From contig CAVOID010000004.1 of assembly GCA_963695875.1 (NCBI GenBank), forward strand, positions 192,001-256,000: a stretch of DNA of 64,000 bases, in the 5' to 3' direction. The translations under genes and the position numbers were made by a program. Every line of letters begins with the position of its first letter. Position 1 is the first letter of the stretch. Below, piece by piece: positions 20,417-31,399 of the stretch. The DNA is from an uncultured delta proteobacterium (GTDB lineage Bacteria; Desulfobacterota; Syntrophia; Syntrophales; UBA2185). The notes below the pieces were generated by a model, which worked only from the letters and a program-made list of their open reading frames with translations, ran no database searches and was not told the origin of the DNA.

Positions 20417-21286
20417 ATGAATAAAAGACCAGATTCGGAAGATATAGCCGGCGGGCAGGCGATTATAGAAGGCGTCATGATGCGGCATGGGAACAAGATC
20501 GCAGCAGCCGTGAGAAAACCTGACAAGGATATAGCCTTTCAGGAACGATATTATATTCCACTCACAAAAAGGTATAAATTTCTCGGCTTGGCCTTCGTTC
20601 GCGGATCGGTCACCTTGTTTGAAATGATGATAATCGGGATGAAGTGCCTTTTATTTTCCGCTGAGCTGGCCTTGACAGAAGGCGAAAAGAAGCCGGGAAA
20701 ATGGGAGATGACCGTTTCTGTAATTATAAGTATCGGAACAGCGTTATTTTTCTTCATCGTCGTGCCTGCCTACTGCTTTTCGTTGTTAAAAAGCGCCGTG
20801 TCCAGCACTTTGCTTTTGAATATTATGGAGGGCTTTATTCGCCTCGGGATTTTCCTTTGTTTTTTGGGTGCCACGCTGTTGATGGAAGATATGAGGCGTG
20901 TATTCATGTACCATGGGGCGGAACATAAAACGGTATTCGCCTGGGAAAACGGTCAGGACTTGACTGTGGAAAATATCAAGAAATACTCGACCCGGCATCC
21001 GCGCTGCGGAACAAGTTTTGTACTGGTGGTCATGATCACCGCCATTTTGGTGTTTTCACTGCTGGGACGGCCTGATTTCGTTCATAGAGTTTTTTATAAA
21101 CTGATGCTTCTTCCTGTTATTGCCGGAATTTCATACGAAATTATCCGGTTTACCGGAAAATACAGGAACTGGAAATGGGTACAAATCCTGAGCTGGCCGG
21201 GATTGCTGCTTCAAAAAATTACCACGAGGGAACCAACCGACGATCAGATTGAAATAGCAATCGCAGCTATGAAAAAAGTTATTTAG
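20417..21286 (+). CDS. DUF1385 family membrane protein (putative metal-dependent)
   Basis: GGQAIIEGVMM, YHGAEHK, HPRCGTSF, TTREP. Confidence 0.92.
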   Translation: MNKRPDSEDIAGGQAIIEGVMMRHGNKIAAAVRKPDKDIAFQERYYIPLTKRYKFLGLAFVRGSVTLFEMMIIGMKCLLFSAELALTEGEKKPGKWEMTVSVIISIGTALFFFIVVPAYCFSLLKSAVSSTLLLNIMEGFIRLGIFLCFLGATLLMEDMRRVFMYHGAEHKTVFAWENGQDLTVENIKKYSTRHPRCGTSFVLVVMITAILVFSLLGRPDFVHRVFYKLMLLPVIAGISYEIIRFTGKYRNWKWVQILSWPGLLLQKITTREPTDDQIEIAIAAMKKVI

Positions 21287-21298
21287 GTGTCTGGTATA

Positions 21299-21802
21299 AT
21301 GATAAAACAGCTTCTGAAAGTGCGTTTTTATCTGCTTGTCATTTTGTTATTTTCTTTTATAGCCGTATCTGTCCAGGCAGACGACTCCCTGCATGAAAGG
21401 ATGTGGTATGAACTTAAAGGAAAAATTCTTCTTCAAAGGCTTCCCGGTAGGGGAGAGTTCGTAGAATCTCAGCGAGATGTTGATACGAAAAGTGCTGAAT
21501 TTCCATTGAAGGTTATCAGTGACGGATACAGGATGTTGAGTGTCTTTGAGAACTTAATGGACAATTACATAGCAGAATGGGTCTGGAAAGTGACTTTAAA
21601 AAACAAGACGATGAAAGAAGTCATTTTTTCTCTCGAATACAAGCTTCTGGACAAAGATTCGTTTCTGTTGGCATCCAGTCAGGAGCAGTTTAGGAAAATA
21701 GCTCCCGGGGAAACCTTAACGATAGAAAAGAAGGACCAATTGGCTTACGAGAAGGCCAGGCAGGTAACAGCCAGGACACTGGACATCCAGCTTCAGAAAT
21801 AA
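21299..21802 (+). CDS. Hypothetical exported protein
   Basis: N-terminal signal peptide (..VQA). No recognised motif. Confidence 0.6.
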   Translation: MIKQLLKVRFYLLVILLFSFIAVSVQADDSLHERMWYELKGKILLQRLPGRGEFVESQRDVDTKSAEFPLKVISDGYRMLSVFENLMDNYIAEWVWKVTLKNKTMKEVIFSLEYKLLDKDSFLLASSQEQFRKIAPGETLTIEKKDQLAYEKARQVTARTLDIQLQK

Positions 21803-21884
21803 ACATGCAGTTATCTGGGTCCAAGATTTGACTCGACGTCATCCTGTAATATTTTGGATTGAATTCCGTGACAGAGGGGGTTTT

Positions 21885-22238
21885 ATGGATCAAGAGAGGA
21901 GGAAGCGTACACGCGTTCCCATCCAGATTGACGTTGGTATTTTGCTCAAGGGGGAAGTGATACAGCTGCAGGCTCTCAATATCAGCCTTACCGGGGTTCT
22001 CTGTATCTCTGATCCCCTCTTTCGAAAGGATGACCCCTGCAAAGTTATCATTACTTTGAATAAGAATTTCCAAATTGCGATTGATTCTAAGATATTGAGA
22101 GTCGGACAAAAGGAAACGGCTATCAGTTTCATCTCCATGGACGAGGAAAGCTTTTCTCACCTGAGGAAGCTGATGCATTTCAATATTGGGGATGCTGATC
22201 GAATTGATGAAGAACTCCGGTATCCTGCTTTTGACTAA
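21885..22238 (+). CDS. Stand-alone PilZ domain protein (c-di-GMP binding)
   Basis: RKRTR (RxxxR) and NISLTG (D/NxSxxG) motifs. Confidence 0.88.
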   Translation: MDQERRKRTRVPIQIDVGILLKGEVIQLQALNISLTGVLCISDPLFRKDDPCKVIITLNKNFQIAIDSKILRVGQKETAISFISMDEESFSHLRKLMHFNIGDADRIDEELRYPAFD

Positions 22239-22393
22239 GCATAAGGCACAGTCGTGTTCGTTAATTTTATGTTTTGTAACAATGCATACTCAGGAAGCAG
22301 ACTGGACGTATAAAGCACATTCCGCATGCTCCGCCTGTGGGCGGGGAACTTCTCTCATATAGCCATTCACTGCGAAAGAAGCGATATGATATT

Positions 22394-23203
22394 TTACCTC
22401 TTTTGAAAGATGTAAGAACAGTCTTTAAATGATAACAGCGTTGGGATTGGGCAAGGCAGCTTCTCACGTCTTCCTATGAAGAGAAATCCACCTTCGTCAA
22501 GACCATCCATGACCTTCAAAAAGACAGGTGTCCTGTTTTCCTCCGGATAATAAGTAAGCAGACTGTTCCTCAAAAAAATGATTTGAAACTTTCCTGCGGG
22601 GGGCGTCTGCCTCATTAGGTCATGTACTTGCCACACAATATTATCCCTCAAACAATCAACCACGAAGTAGTTCGCTTTGTCCGGCGATGTATGGAAATAA
22701 ATTGCCCTGACGTCGTCCGGTAATCCCTTTAAGCTGCTCCTGCTGTAAGCCCCAGCCTCGGCTCTTTCCAGAAAATCGGGATTGCGGTCGGTCGCCCGAA
22801 GATGAAGTTGGGGAACCCGGGCAAATCTGCTTTTCAGCATATCCCACAGTATAGTGAAACTGTAGACTTCCTGTCCCAGGGCACAACCTGCAGACCAGAC
22901 ATAAATCTTTTCATTATATCTGCTTATGATATCAGGAAGAATGTCCTCATCGAGGACACGCCACAAATACCGGTCACGAAAAAAATGGCTTATGGAAACA
23001 CTCATCAGGTGTTCAACCTTGTTCAGAATATCGGGGTCGTTCAAGGCGTGAAGATATTCTTCCATAGTTTGACAGCCCAATTCCTGCATATGACGGCTAA
23101 TGCGTTCTTTGACTCCCTTTCTCACCTTGGCGTAACCAGGCCAGGAAAGACCAAGCCGATCAAGGAGTTGTTTGAATAAATTATCATCCATATGTTGTGC
23201 CAT
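22394..23203 (-). CDS. CheR-family methyltransferase (orphan)
   Basis: ISHFFRD, WSAGCALGQEVYS, HDL, IFLRNSLLTY, GFLFIG. Confidence 0.88.
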   Translation of the reverse strand: MAQHMDDNLFKQLLDRLGLSWPGYAKVRKGVKERISRHMQELGCQTMEEYLHALNDPDILNKVEHLMSVSISHFFRDRYLWRVLDEDILPDIISRYNEKIYVWSAGCALGQEVYSFTILWDMLKSRFARVPQLHLRATDRNPDFLERAEAGAYSRSSLKGLPDDVRAIYFHTSPDKANYFVVDCLRDNIVWQVHDLMRQTPPAGKFQIIFLRNSLLTYYPEENRTPVFLKVMDGLDEGGFLFIGRREKLPCPIPTLLSFKDCSYIFQKR

Positions 23204-23365
23204 ATCCGAGATTGAACCCGTGATTATTTGATTTTCTTACCATAATAATGCAGCCAAAATCAAAAATGATGATCTTGCAAAAAAACGAATACAGACTTGA
23301 CAAGAAACCCTCATTTCTCCATAATGCCCGGCATCGAGTCATTCTATCAGGGCGGGAGGTGACAC

Positions 23366-24020
23366 ATGGACAGTCCGGTTGATAAATTCTGGCAGATCAG
23401 GCTTGCAGATATTAAGTTGTCATTGGAAGCAAATAACTTCGACGTTTTTATTGCAAATAATGCTGCTGAAGCAAAACAAATTGTTCTTAAAAACATTATT
23501 CCCAAGCTTGGCGCCAAGAGTGTTTCCTGGGGCGGTTCTATGACGTTCATCGCTACCGGGCTCTATGACGCGCTAAAGAACGACAAGAAAATGCAGGTAC
23601 TTGATACCTTCGATAAAACAATCTCACGCGAAGATAACTGGGAACGCAGGAGACAGTCACTCTCTGGCTGACCTGTTTATTACCGGAACAAGTGCAGTGA
23701 CTGAATCAGGAATGTTGGTGAACCTTGATATGATCGGTAATCGTGTGGGGGGCATTACGTTCGGGCCGAAAAATGTGGTCATTCTCGTAGGCAGAAATAA
23801 AATCGTTTCTGATCTGGAAGATGCCATGATGAGGATCAAGAATTATGCAGCACCGGCTAATGCCATTCGATTGAATATGAAAACACCCTGCGTCAAAACC
23901 TCTTACTGTGAAGAATGCAAAAGTAAAGAACGCATCTGTAATACATGGGCAATCACAGAAAAATCCTTTCCGAAAGGCAGGATAAAAGTTGTCCTGATAA
24001 ACGAAGATTTAGGATTATAA
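23366..24020 (+). CDS. LUD/lactate-utilisation domain protein (one +1 frameshift near 23663)
   Basis: GGSMT, ADLFITG.SAVTESG.LVNLD..GNRV, KTPC....C..C....RICN across two ORFs. Confidence 0.85.
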
Positions 24021-24042
24021 ACTGAAAAAGGACAAATCATTT

Positions 24043-25018
24043 ATGCAAATTCAGGATGTCTTCCGTTCCTATGGGGATGACCTAAAAAGCGTGGAAGAAC
24101 ACATGGAGATGTATCTTCGCTCTGAAGTGCACCTCATCCCCGAGGTTATCCATCATCTCGTAGGCAGCGGCGGGAAAAGGTTCAGGCCTCTCCTGCTACT
24201 GACTGCCTCGGCACTCTGCGGCTACAGGGGAGAAAAACGCTACCCCTTGTCTGCCGTGATTGAATTCATCCATACAGCTACACTGCTACACGATGACGTA
24301 ATAGATGCAGCAGAAACCCGACGTGGCAAAATTTCAGCGAACAACGTATGGGGAAATGCCGCCTGTGTTCTCGTGGGTGATTTCCTCTATTCCAAATCCT
24401 TTAAACTTATGACTGAACATGGCAATTTGGCCATCATCAAACTTCTTTCCACAACGACAAACACCATGTCGGAAGGGGAAGTTTTTCAGCTTATCAAATG
24501 CGGCGACATCAACATAACTGAGAAAGAATACCTTACCATAATCGAGAAAAAAACGGCGACCCTTATCTCCGCTGCCTGCGCTGTGGGAGGTGTCTTGGGA
24601 AATGCATCGGACTCTCAGATTGAAGCTCTGACCAGGTTCGGAATGCGCCTAGGCTCTGCATTTCAGATAACCGACGATACCCTCGATTATGTTGCAAAGG
24701 AAGAGGAATTTGGGAAAGCCATCGGCAAGGATCTTGAAGAAGGAAAAATAACCCTGCCTCTCATCCGAACTTTAAAAAAGTGTAAGCCCGAAGAGAAAAA
24801 CATGATCAGGCGGGCGGTTGAGAATAAGGAACAGGATGTCGCAGTTGATAGCAGATATTCTATCTATGATCAACCGTTACGACGGCATCAATTATTCCCT
24901 TAACAAGGCAAAGTCATATATCGGCGAAGGTAAGGGATACCTCGAATCTTTTGAAGACTCTGAACCAAAGGCATCACTGCTGGCGATATCAGAATACATT
25001 GTTGAACGAAGGCTATAA
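24043..25018 (+). CDS. Long-chain polyprenyl diphosphate synthase, IspB/HepT type (one +1 frameshift near 24846)
   Basis: GGKRFRP, EFIHTATLLHDDVID, RRG, KKTA, FQITDD, DLEEGKITLP. C-terminus lies in ORF 24818..25018. Confidence 0.9.
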
Positions 25019-25026
25019 AACTTTGC

Positions 25027-26601
25027 TTACACCACGCACGGCCCTTCGTATATATTTGAGAGGGATTCAGGAAGGCCTTCTCTATCGTACTTCATGGCAA
25101 GGGGCAGATAATCAAGAATATCCTGGGCGGTGATACCATCTTCGCCTTTGTCTGCCGCCGCCAGGTCACCTGAAAATCCGTGGATGAAAACACCTTTTCT
25201 CACCGCGTCCTCCAGTGAGAGGCCCAGGCCGAACATGGCCGCAATGGTTCCTGTCAGGACATCACCCGAACCTGCCGTTGCCATTCCCGGATTTCCGCTG
25301 AGGTTGATAAACACCCTTTCATCGGGATAACCAATCAATGAATGGGCGCCCTTCAGAACAATGATGGCATGGAGCGACATGGCAGTAAGCTGCAGGATGT
25401 CTATTTTTTGCCTGTTGATCTCGCCGGTACTCTTCTTTGCTATGCGGGCCATTTCCCCCAGATGGGGGGTGAGGATAGTTTCTCCTTTCCTTTCCCTGAT
25501 CATCTCCAACTCATTCGCAATGGCCGTAATTCCGTCTCCATCGATGAGGATAGGCTTCTTGATAGTCCTTACGAGTTCCCTGACCAACTGCTGCGTTTCA
25601 GCATCCAGCGAGAGACCCGGTCCGATAACCACCATATCCATCTTTTCCGAGAGTTCAACGAGGCTGTCTCTGTTTTCCAGGGCCAGGCTTCCCGCCCTTG
25701 TTTCTTTCTGAGGAACAAAGACGATCTCGCTTCCTTTTGTGGCAATGAAGGGTGTTATGGATACAGGTGCAGCCGAACGGGCATAACCGCCGCCGGCCTT
25801 CAGGAAGGATAAGGCGGAGAAATACGGTGCACCAAAGTAGGATGCCGCGCCGGCGATAAAAAGGACCTCTCCCATGCGTCCTTTATAGACATCTCTCTTT
25901 CGGGGTGGAAGTTTCACATAGTCGTTGATCTGGACCTTTATAGACTCACCGTTATGGAGAGAAGGAGGAAAGGAAATATGGGTCACGTATAGCTTGCCGC
26001 CAAGATCATATCCGGGATAGAGCATGTTCCCGATCTTGGGCAAACCGAATGTAACCGTATAATCTGCCTTCACCGCCACACCCATGACTTCTCCCGTGTC
26101 GCCATGGACGCCGGAGGGAATATCCAGACTAAGGACCAGTTTGCCGCTGCTATTGATCACCTGGATGACTTCTTTATAGAGGCCCACCGCCTCCCGATCA
26201 AAACCAGTACCAAAAAGCGCATCCACGATTGCATGACAGTGGAGGACATCTCTTCGGACTTCCTCGATAGATTTGATGTTCCGGACTTCGATAGGAAGTT
26301 TCGAAATCATATTCCAATTGGTCTTTGCTGCCCCTTTAAATTTCTTCGGCTCTCCTATGATGAATACTTTAACCAATCCGCCATTGCTGTGAATTTTTCG
26401 TGCTACGACCAGTCCGTCACCGCCGTTATTTCCAACACCGCAGAAGACAACGAATTTCTTGGTTCTTATACCAACCTCTTGCGCTAAGACAAAAGCCGAT
26501 GCCTGCCCGGCATTTTCCATGAGAATCTCTTCGGGAATATCCAGTTTTTCGACTGCAAACCGGTCCATATACCTCATTTCACCGACCCTGCTGACTTTCA
26601 T
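25027..26601 (-). CDS. nnr: Bifunctional NAD(P)H-hydrate epimerase/dehydratase
   Basis: LMENAG, GNNGGDG, DIPSG, GPGL, TPHLGE, LKGA, MATAGSGDVL. Confidence 0.95.
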   Translation of the reverse strand: MKVSRVGEMRYMDRFAVEKLDIPEEILMENAGQASAFVLAQEVGIRTKKFVVFCGVGNNGGDGLVVARKIHSNGGLVKVFIIGEPKKFKGAAKTNWNMISKLPIEVRNIKSIEEVRRDVLHCHAIVDALFGTGFDREAVGLYKEVIQVINSSGKLVLSLDIPSGVHGDTGEVMGVAVKADYTVTFGLPKIGNMLYPGYDLGGKLYVTHISFPPSLHNGESIKVQINDYVKLPPRKRDVYKGRMGEVLFIAGAASYFGAPYFSALSFLKAGGGYARSAAPVSITPFIATKGSEIVFVPQKETRAGSLALENRDSLVELSEKMDMVVIGPGLSLDAETQQLVRELVRTIKKPILIDGDGITAIANELEMIRERKGETILTPHLGEMARIAKKSTGEINRQKIDILQLTAMSLHAIIVLKGAHSLIGYPDERVFINLSGNPGMATAGSGDVLTGTIAAMFGLGLSLEDAVRKGVFIHGFSGDLAAADKGEDGITAQDILDYLPLAMKYDREGLPESLSNIYEGPCVV

Positions 26602-26833
26602 TTCTCTCTCCTAATTTTCAGGACCTGTATTGCAGGCAGATATAATGTATTTATTGCCTTTTATCAAGTGAAAGCGTCTTATTCCAAAACTTCTTGACAT
26701 CATTTCCTTATCGCATCATAATTTATATAAATTTATTTGTATATGAACAGGGTGGCTGTCGGTGTTGTATTTGAGCGAAATTCACATAGTCGATTCGTAT
26801 AGGTTTAAACCACTCTTAAATTGAGGTGACGCC

Positions 26834-27904
26834 ATGTCAAGAGTAATGATCCATCCTGCTACCTATGAGAATGTCCGTCAGGCGGTAGACCGGGCATTTG
26901 AAATCTTCCCCCTGAGATTACAGGGGAAGAAAGTCTTAATAAAACCCAACGTGCTCCGGTCTTCGGATGCGAAAGAGGGCATCGTCACCAACCCCGCGGT
27001 GCTTCGTGCCGTAGTAGAAAAGGTGGAAACAATGAAACCGGCCTCCATCATCGTTGGCGACAATCCCGGTCTCTTTAACTACGGGGCAAACGAAGAATGC
27101 TTTAGAATAACAGGCTTGATGGAAGCTGCCAAAGGCTATTATCAGAACATCGGAAATGATTCGCGGAAGGTTGATTTTAACCCCGTTTTTTTGCCCGCCG
27201 TCGGCGTTTCCGGGGCCGTGCTGGATGCCGACATTATCATCAGTCTGCCGAAGTTCAAAACCCACGGTCTGACCGTGATCACCGGCGCGATCAAAAACAG
27301 TTTCGGTATCCTGCCCGGCGCCCAGAAAGCATGGCTGCACAAGGAATCCGGCAACCCGGTACGCTTCCAGGAAATACTGGTAGATGTGTTCCGCCTGCGG
27401 GTACCTGACCTGTTCATCATGGATGCCGTAGTCGGCATGGAGGGCAATGGGCCGGCCTCCCCGGACCTGAGGGACATAGGCCTGATCCTGGCGTCGGACA
27501 ATGCCATGGCAATGGATGCGGTCGTGGCGACGATGATGGGGTGCGAACCGGGAAGTCTGCGGATCCTTCAGAAGGCGAAGGAAGTAGGTTTGGGGGACTA
27601 CGAATTGAGTACGATTGAAGTCATCGGTGAATTGAAACCAGTGCCCGATTTTAAACTTCCTCCGTTTAGCGGCGAAGTGCTTCTTCAAAATGAAGCCATA
27701 CAGACACTGATCCGCAATCGCACACTCATGCGCCCGCAAGCCGATCCCGAATTGTGCACGGCCTGCGGCACCTGTATCGATCAGTGTACGGTATCGGCTT
27801 TGTCCATGGGCGACGACAACCTCCCCCGGGTAGATGCCGACACCTGTATTTCCTGTTTCTGTTGCCAGGAACTCTGTCCTGAGAAAGCGATTGCGTTGAA
27901 GTAA
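26834..27904 (+). CDS. DUF362 domain protein with C-terminal 2[4Fe-4S] ferredoxin domain
   Basis: VLIKPN, LPKFKTH, GAIKN, MEGNGP, CTACGTCIDQC, CISCFCCQELCP. Confidence 0.9.
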   Translation: MSRVMIHPATYENVRQAVDRAFEIFPLRLQGKKVLIKPNVLRSSDAKEGIVTNPAVLRAVVEKVETMKPASIIVGDNPGLFNYGANEECFRITGLMEAAKGYYQNIGNDSRKVDFNPVFLPAVGVSGAVLDADIIISLPKFKTHGLTVITGAIKNSFGILPGAQKAWLHKESGNPVRFQEILVDVFRLRVPDLFIMDAVVGMEGNGPASPDLRDIGLILASDNAMAMDAVVATMMGCEPGSLRILQKAKEVGLGDYELSTIEVIGELKPVPDFKLPPFSGEVLLQNEAIQTLIRNRTLMRPQADPELCTACGTCIDQCTVSALSMGDDNLPRVDADTCISCFCCQELCPEKAIALK

Positions 27905-27911
27905 ATGGACA

Positions 27912-27946
27912 AGATTCCCCGTCGTCCTTTGGCTCTTCGGAATGAC
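27912..27946. repeat. Degenerate REP-like element (AGATTCC..GGAATGAC type)
   Basis: ATTCC/GGAAT stem ending in GGAATGAC directly after the DUF362 stop. Confidence 0.4.
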
Positions 27947-27999
27947 AGAGAGGCAAGGATCATTCACGGCGCGAAGAAATGCAGAAAGGGAGAATCGAG

Positions 28000-28914
28000 A
28001 TGAGAAAAAATAGAAAGATCAGGAAGGTTATTAAAAGCAAACCAACCATCGAAGGCGCCGGTGTCCATCTAAAGCGGGCATTTGGTTTTAGCGAGGTGCC
28101 TGCGTTCGATCCATTCCTGCTTTTAGATGATTTTCGCTCTGACGATCCGCGGTATTACATCAAGGGGTTCCCCTGGCATCCGCATCGCGGCATAGAGACT
28201 ATCACGTATGTCCTTCGCGGAGATGTAGAACACGGGGACAGCATGGGAAATAAGGGCGTCATCGGTTCCGGGGATGTGCAGTGGATGACGGCGGGCAGCG
28301 GTATCGTCCATCAGGAGATGCCGAAGGGTGATGACAAGGGTCTGATGTGGGGTTTCCAGCTTTGGGCCAATCTCCCATCCTCCCAGAAGATGATGGACCC
28401 CCGATATCGTGATGTGAAAGATAGGCAGATACCGGAGATTTCTGTAGAAAACGGCGTGACGATCAGGATCATCTGCGGCGACATCAAGGGGACGCAGGGT
28501 CCTGTCCGGGATATCGTGATCGATCCGGAATACCTTGACTTTACTGTGCCTGCAGGATCGGAGGTAATTCACCCAACCAAACCGGGGCACACGGTCTTCG
28601 CATACGTTATCGGGGGGAAGGCATACTTCTGCCGGGAGAAGAACCCATTCACCTACGATATGGAGGGAGAAAACTATTTCGACTTCCAAAGAGATCCTTT
28701 TGTGACCAACGGGAATCTTGTTCTGTTCGATGACGGGGAACAGGTAGTCGTCTCTACTGAAAATGAACCTGTTCGCTTTCTATTGATATCCGGAAAGCCG
28801 TTGAGGGAACCTGTCGCATGGTATGGGCCCATCGTAATGAATACGCAGGAGGAATTACAGATCGCCTTCGAGGAGTATCAGAACGGTACATTCATTAAAC
28901 ATAAGAATGCATGA
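28000..28914 (+). CDS. Pirin family protein
   Basis: DPFLLLD, GFPWHPHRGIET, QWMTAGSGIVHQE, QLWANL, GPIVMN. Confidence 0.95.
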   Translation: MRKNRKIRKVIKSKPTIEGAGVHLKRAFGFSEVPAFDPFLLLDDFRSDDPRYYIKGFPWHPHRGIETITYVLRGDVEHGDSMGNKGVIGSGDVQWMTAGSGIVHQEMPKGDDKGLMWGFQLWANLPSSQKMMDPRYRDVKDRQIPEISVENGVTIRIICGDIKGTQGPVRDIVIDPEYLDFTVPAGSEVIHPTKPGHTVFAYVIGGKAYFCREKNPFTYDMEGENYFDFQRDPFVTNGNLVLFDDGEQVVVSTENEPVRFLLISGKPLREPVAWYGPIVMNTQEELQIAFEEYQNGTFIKHKNA

Positions 28915-28972
28915 GTCCATTTTATCAGGATCGTTATATTTCAGAACAAACCTTCAAATTATAGATCGGTAA

Positions 28973-30046
28973 ATGCCTCTTCAAAAATCACAACTTGGTA
29001 AGATTTCAGAAAGTTTTGCCCACAGCGCTGCTCATGAGTTCCGCGGTTCTTCCTCGCTATATGAGGCGTTGGCAACAAGTATCAGTAGGGATCCGGACTT
29101 GCTTGACCTTGCTTCACATGCCCTTTCGAAACCCGTACCGATGATTTTTTTCGCAGCGATTCATTACCTTTTGCTGGATGATGCAGCCCACCCGCTCGCA
29201 ACATTTTATCCCGATATAAATTCAGTGCCACGTGCCACGGATACGGATTTGTGCCAGGTTTTCCGAGATTTTTGCTTTAAGCATCGGGACGAAATCAAGG
29301 ATATCATCTCAACGTATCACGTACAGACCAATGAGGTCCGGCGCTGCGCCTGTCTCCTGCCCGCTTTCGGCATTGCCGAGCAAGAGGCGAAGGGTATGCC
29401 GCTTACTCTTATAGAGATAGGAGCCAGCGCAGGGCTTAACCTCCTCTGGGATCAGTATGGGTATGATTACGGAAACGGCCTCTTCTATGGAAACAGGGCA
29501 TCACCTGTCCAGTTGACCTGTACCTTGCGTGGAAACGAACAGCCTCCGTTTCCGGAAGTATTCCCGCAAATAGCATTGCGCATCGGAATTGACCTCAATC
29601 CAATTGATGTGCGGGATGAATCGGCAGTGAATTGGCTCCATGCCTTCATCTGGCCTGAGCATACCGGACGCTTTGATCTTCTGCACCGAGCCATCAAGAC
29701 AGCACGGAACGACCCCCCGGAATTGCGCAAAGGCGATGCCCTCGAACTCTTGCCCGCCATCATGGAGATAGTTCCCCCTGACTCGCTTCTTTGCCTCTTC
29801 CATGCCTTTGTCAGCAATCAGATGTCACCGGAAGCGCGTAATGCCCTGGCAAGGCTCATTGCAGATTATGGATCAAATCGGCGGATATGTTGTATTTCGA
29901 TAGACTTGTCGGATAAATATAAATACCCGCGACTTGAGATGGTTTCATACATCGACGGAGTCGAGAGACATAGGCATCTGGCGAATTGCAGCGGTCACTC
30001 CCGCTGGATGGAGTGGCTCGAACCTGTGAGAGAATGCAACGATTAA
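28973..30046 (+). CDS. DUF2332 family protein
   Basis: QTNEVRR, EIGASAGLNL, GIDLNP, FIWPE, HSRW. Confidence 0.85.
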   Translation: MPLQKSQLGKISESFAHSAAHEFRGSSSLYEALATSISRDPDLLDLASHALSKPVPMIFFAAIHYLLLDDAAHPLATFYPDINSVPRATDTDLCQVFRDFCFKHRDEIKDIISTYHVQTNEVRRCACLLPAFGIAEQEAKGMPLTLIEIGASAGLNLLWDQYGYDYGNGLFYGNRASPVQLTCTLRGNEQPPFPEVFPQIALRIGIDLNPIDVRDESAVNWLHAFIWPEHTGRFDLLHRAIKTARNDPPELRKGDALELLPAIMEIVPPDSLLCLFHAFVSNQMSPEARNALARLIADYGSNRRICCISIDLSDKYKYPRLEMVSYIDGVERHRHLANCSGHSRWMEWLEPVRECND

Positions 30047-30064
30047 CAAAGCAGGAGGTGAATC

Positions 30065-30628
30065 ATGAAGAAGGTCAAGATCGGGAAAAATAACTTCGTT
30101 TATCCTATGTCGATGGTACTTGTCGGCACGGTTGTCGATGACCGGGCTAATTTCATGGCTGTAGGCTGGGTATCGCGGGTCAACTTCAATCCCCCCATGA
30201 TCGCCGTGGCATTGGGTAAATATCATTACACGAATGCAGGCATCCATAAACACAAAGCCTTCAGCGTGAATATTCCCGGCATAGACTTGGTGGAAAAAGT
30301 CGATTATTGTGGACTTGTATCGGGCGAAAAAACCGACAAATCGAAAGTATTCGATATTTTTTACGGTGACCTCCCGAATGCACCCATGATACAGCAGTGT
30401 ACCCTATGCATGGAATGTGATCTGGTCAATGCTATAGATTTGCCTTCAAATACCCTGTTCATCGGGGAAATTATCGAAACACATACTGAAGAACGCTACC
30501 TGACCGATGGCAAACCTGACATCAAGAAGATGAATCCATTTACCTTGACCATGCCTGATAACAATTACTGGAAGGTTGGTGAAAATGCCGGTAAGGCGTG
30601 GAGTATCGGAAAAGACTTCAGGAAATGA
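30065..30628 (+). CDS. Flavoredoxin/flavin reductase family protein
   Basis: NFMAVGW, FSVNIP, DYCGLVSG..TDK, ECDL, LFIGEI. Confidence 0.9.
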   Translation: MKKVKIGKNNFVYPMSMVLVGTVVDDRANFMAVGWVSRVNFNPPMIAVALGKYHYTNAGIHKHKAFSVNIPGIDLVEKVDYCGLVSGEKTDKSKVFDIFYGDLPNAPMIQQCTLCMECDLVNAIDLPSNTLFIGEIIETHTEERYLTDGKPDIKKMNPFTLTMPDNNYWKVGENAGKAWSIGKDFRK

Positions 30629-30706
30629 AATGCGTGGCATTTGAACTCAGCGCTGATGCTGCGATTCAATTTCCTGAATCGCGGTATGGATATAAAGCAG
30701 AGTAGG

Positions 30707-31393
30707 CTACCGATAGAATCGAACGAGCTTTTCCGGTTTAATCCCGAGTAAGTAAAATGTGATCAGCAGCCAGTTCCTTAGGGTTGTATAAATGACTCCC
30801 TCCCTTTCCCAGCGCCGGGAAGATGTGCGGACTGTCCTGTCGATGATACGGATCTTCCCACCCTGTTTCTTGATCCGCCGCATGATCTCCACGTCTTCCA
30901 TGATGGGAATATTGCTGAAACCTCCTAGTTTGTTGAAAACAGTTTTTCTCATGAACACAGTCTGATCTCCATAAGGGATCCTCGTCAGGCGGGACCGAAG
31001 AGCAGCCGCCTTCTCAATCAATCTGAATATAGGCCTTTCAGAATCGATGGCCAAATCGAAGGCCCCGGCCATAATGAACTCATCCCGCATCGCGGTGTCT
31101 ATGAATGCAAGGGCATCAGGGGGAAGACTGGTGTCAGCATGCAGAAAGATGAGGATATTTCCGGCAGCAAGAGCTGCCCCGTCGTTCATCTGGCTTCCCC
31201 GTCCCCGTTCTGAAATGATTGTTTTGACACCCGCGCGGCGGGCAATCTCCATTGTTTTTCCCGCGGAGTCTCCGTCCACGACAATAATCTCAGCGCCGAC
31301 GGCTGATTGCAGACCGCGGATATGCTCGATTGTTCGTAGTACGACAGATTCTTCGTTCCAGACGGGAATTATGAAAGAAAATTTGGGAGTCAT
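30707..31393 (-). CDS. GT2 glycosyltransferase, TIGR04283-like
   Basis: IIPVWNE, VVDG, GRGSQMNDGA, FLHADT, YGDQ, MED, TSSRRW. Confidence 0.9.
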   Translation of the reverse strand: MTPKFSFIIPVWNEESVVLRTIEHIRGLQSAVGAEIIVVDGDSAGKTMEIARRAGVKTIISERGRGSQMNDGAALAAGNILIFLHADTSLPPDALAFIDTAMRDEFIMAGAFDLAIDSERPIFRLIEKAAALRSRLTRIPYGDQTVFMRKTVFNKLGGFSNIPIMEDVEIMRRIKKQGGKIRIIDRTVRTSSRRWEREGVIYTTLRNWLLITFYLLGIKPEKLVRFYR

Positions 31394-31399
31394 GAGATA

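Noticed and set aside
22267..22467. Cys-containing small minus-strand ORF after cheR
   Set aside because: Overlaps cheR, has no RBS or convincing start, and no recognisable family.
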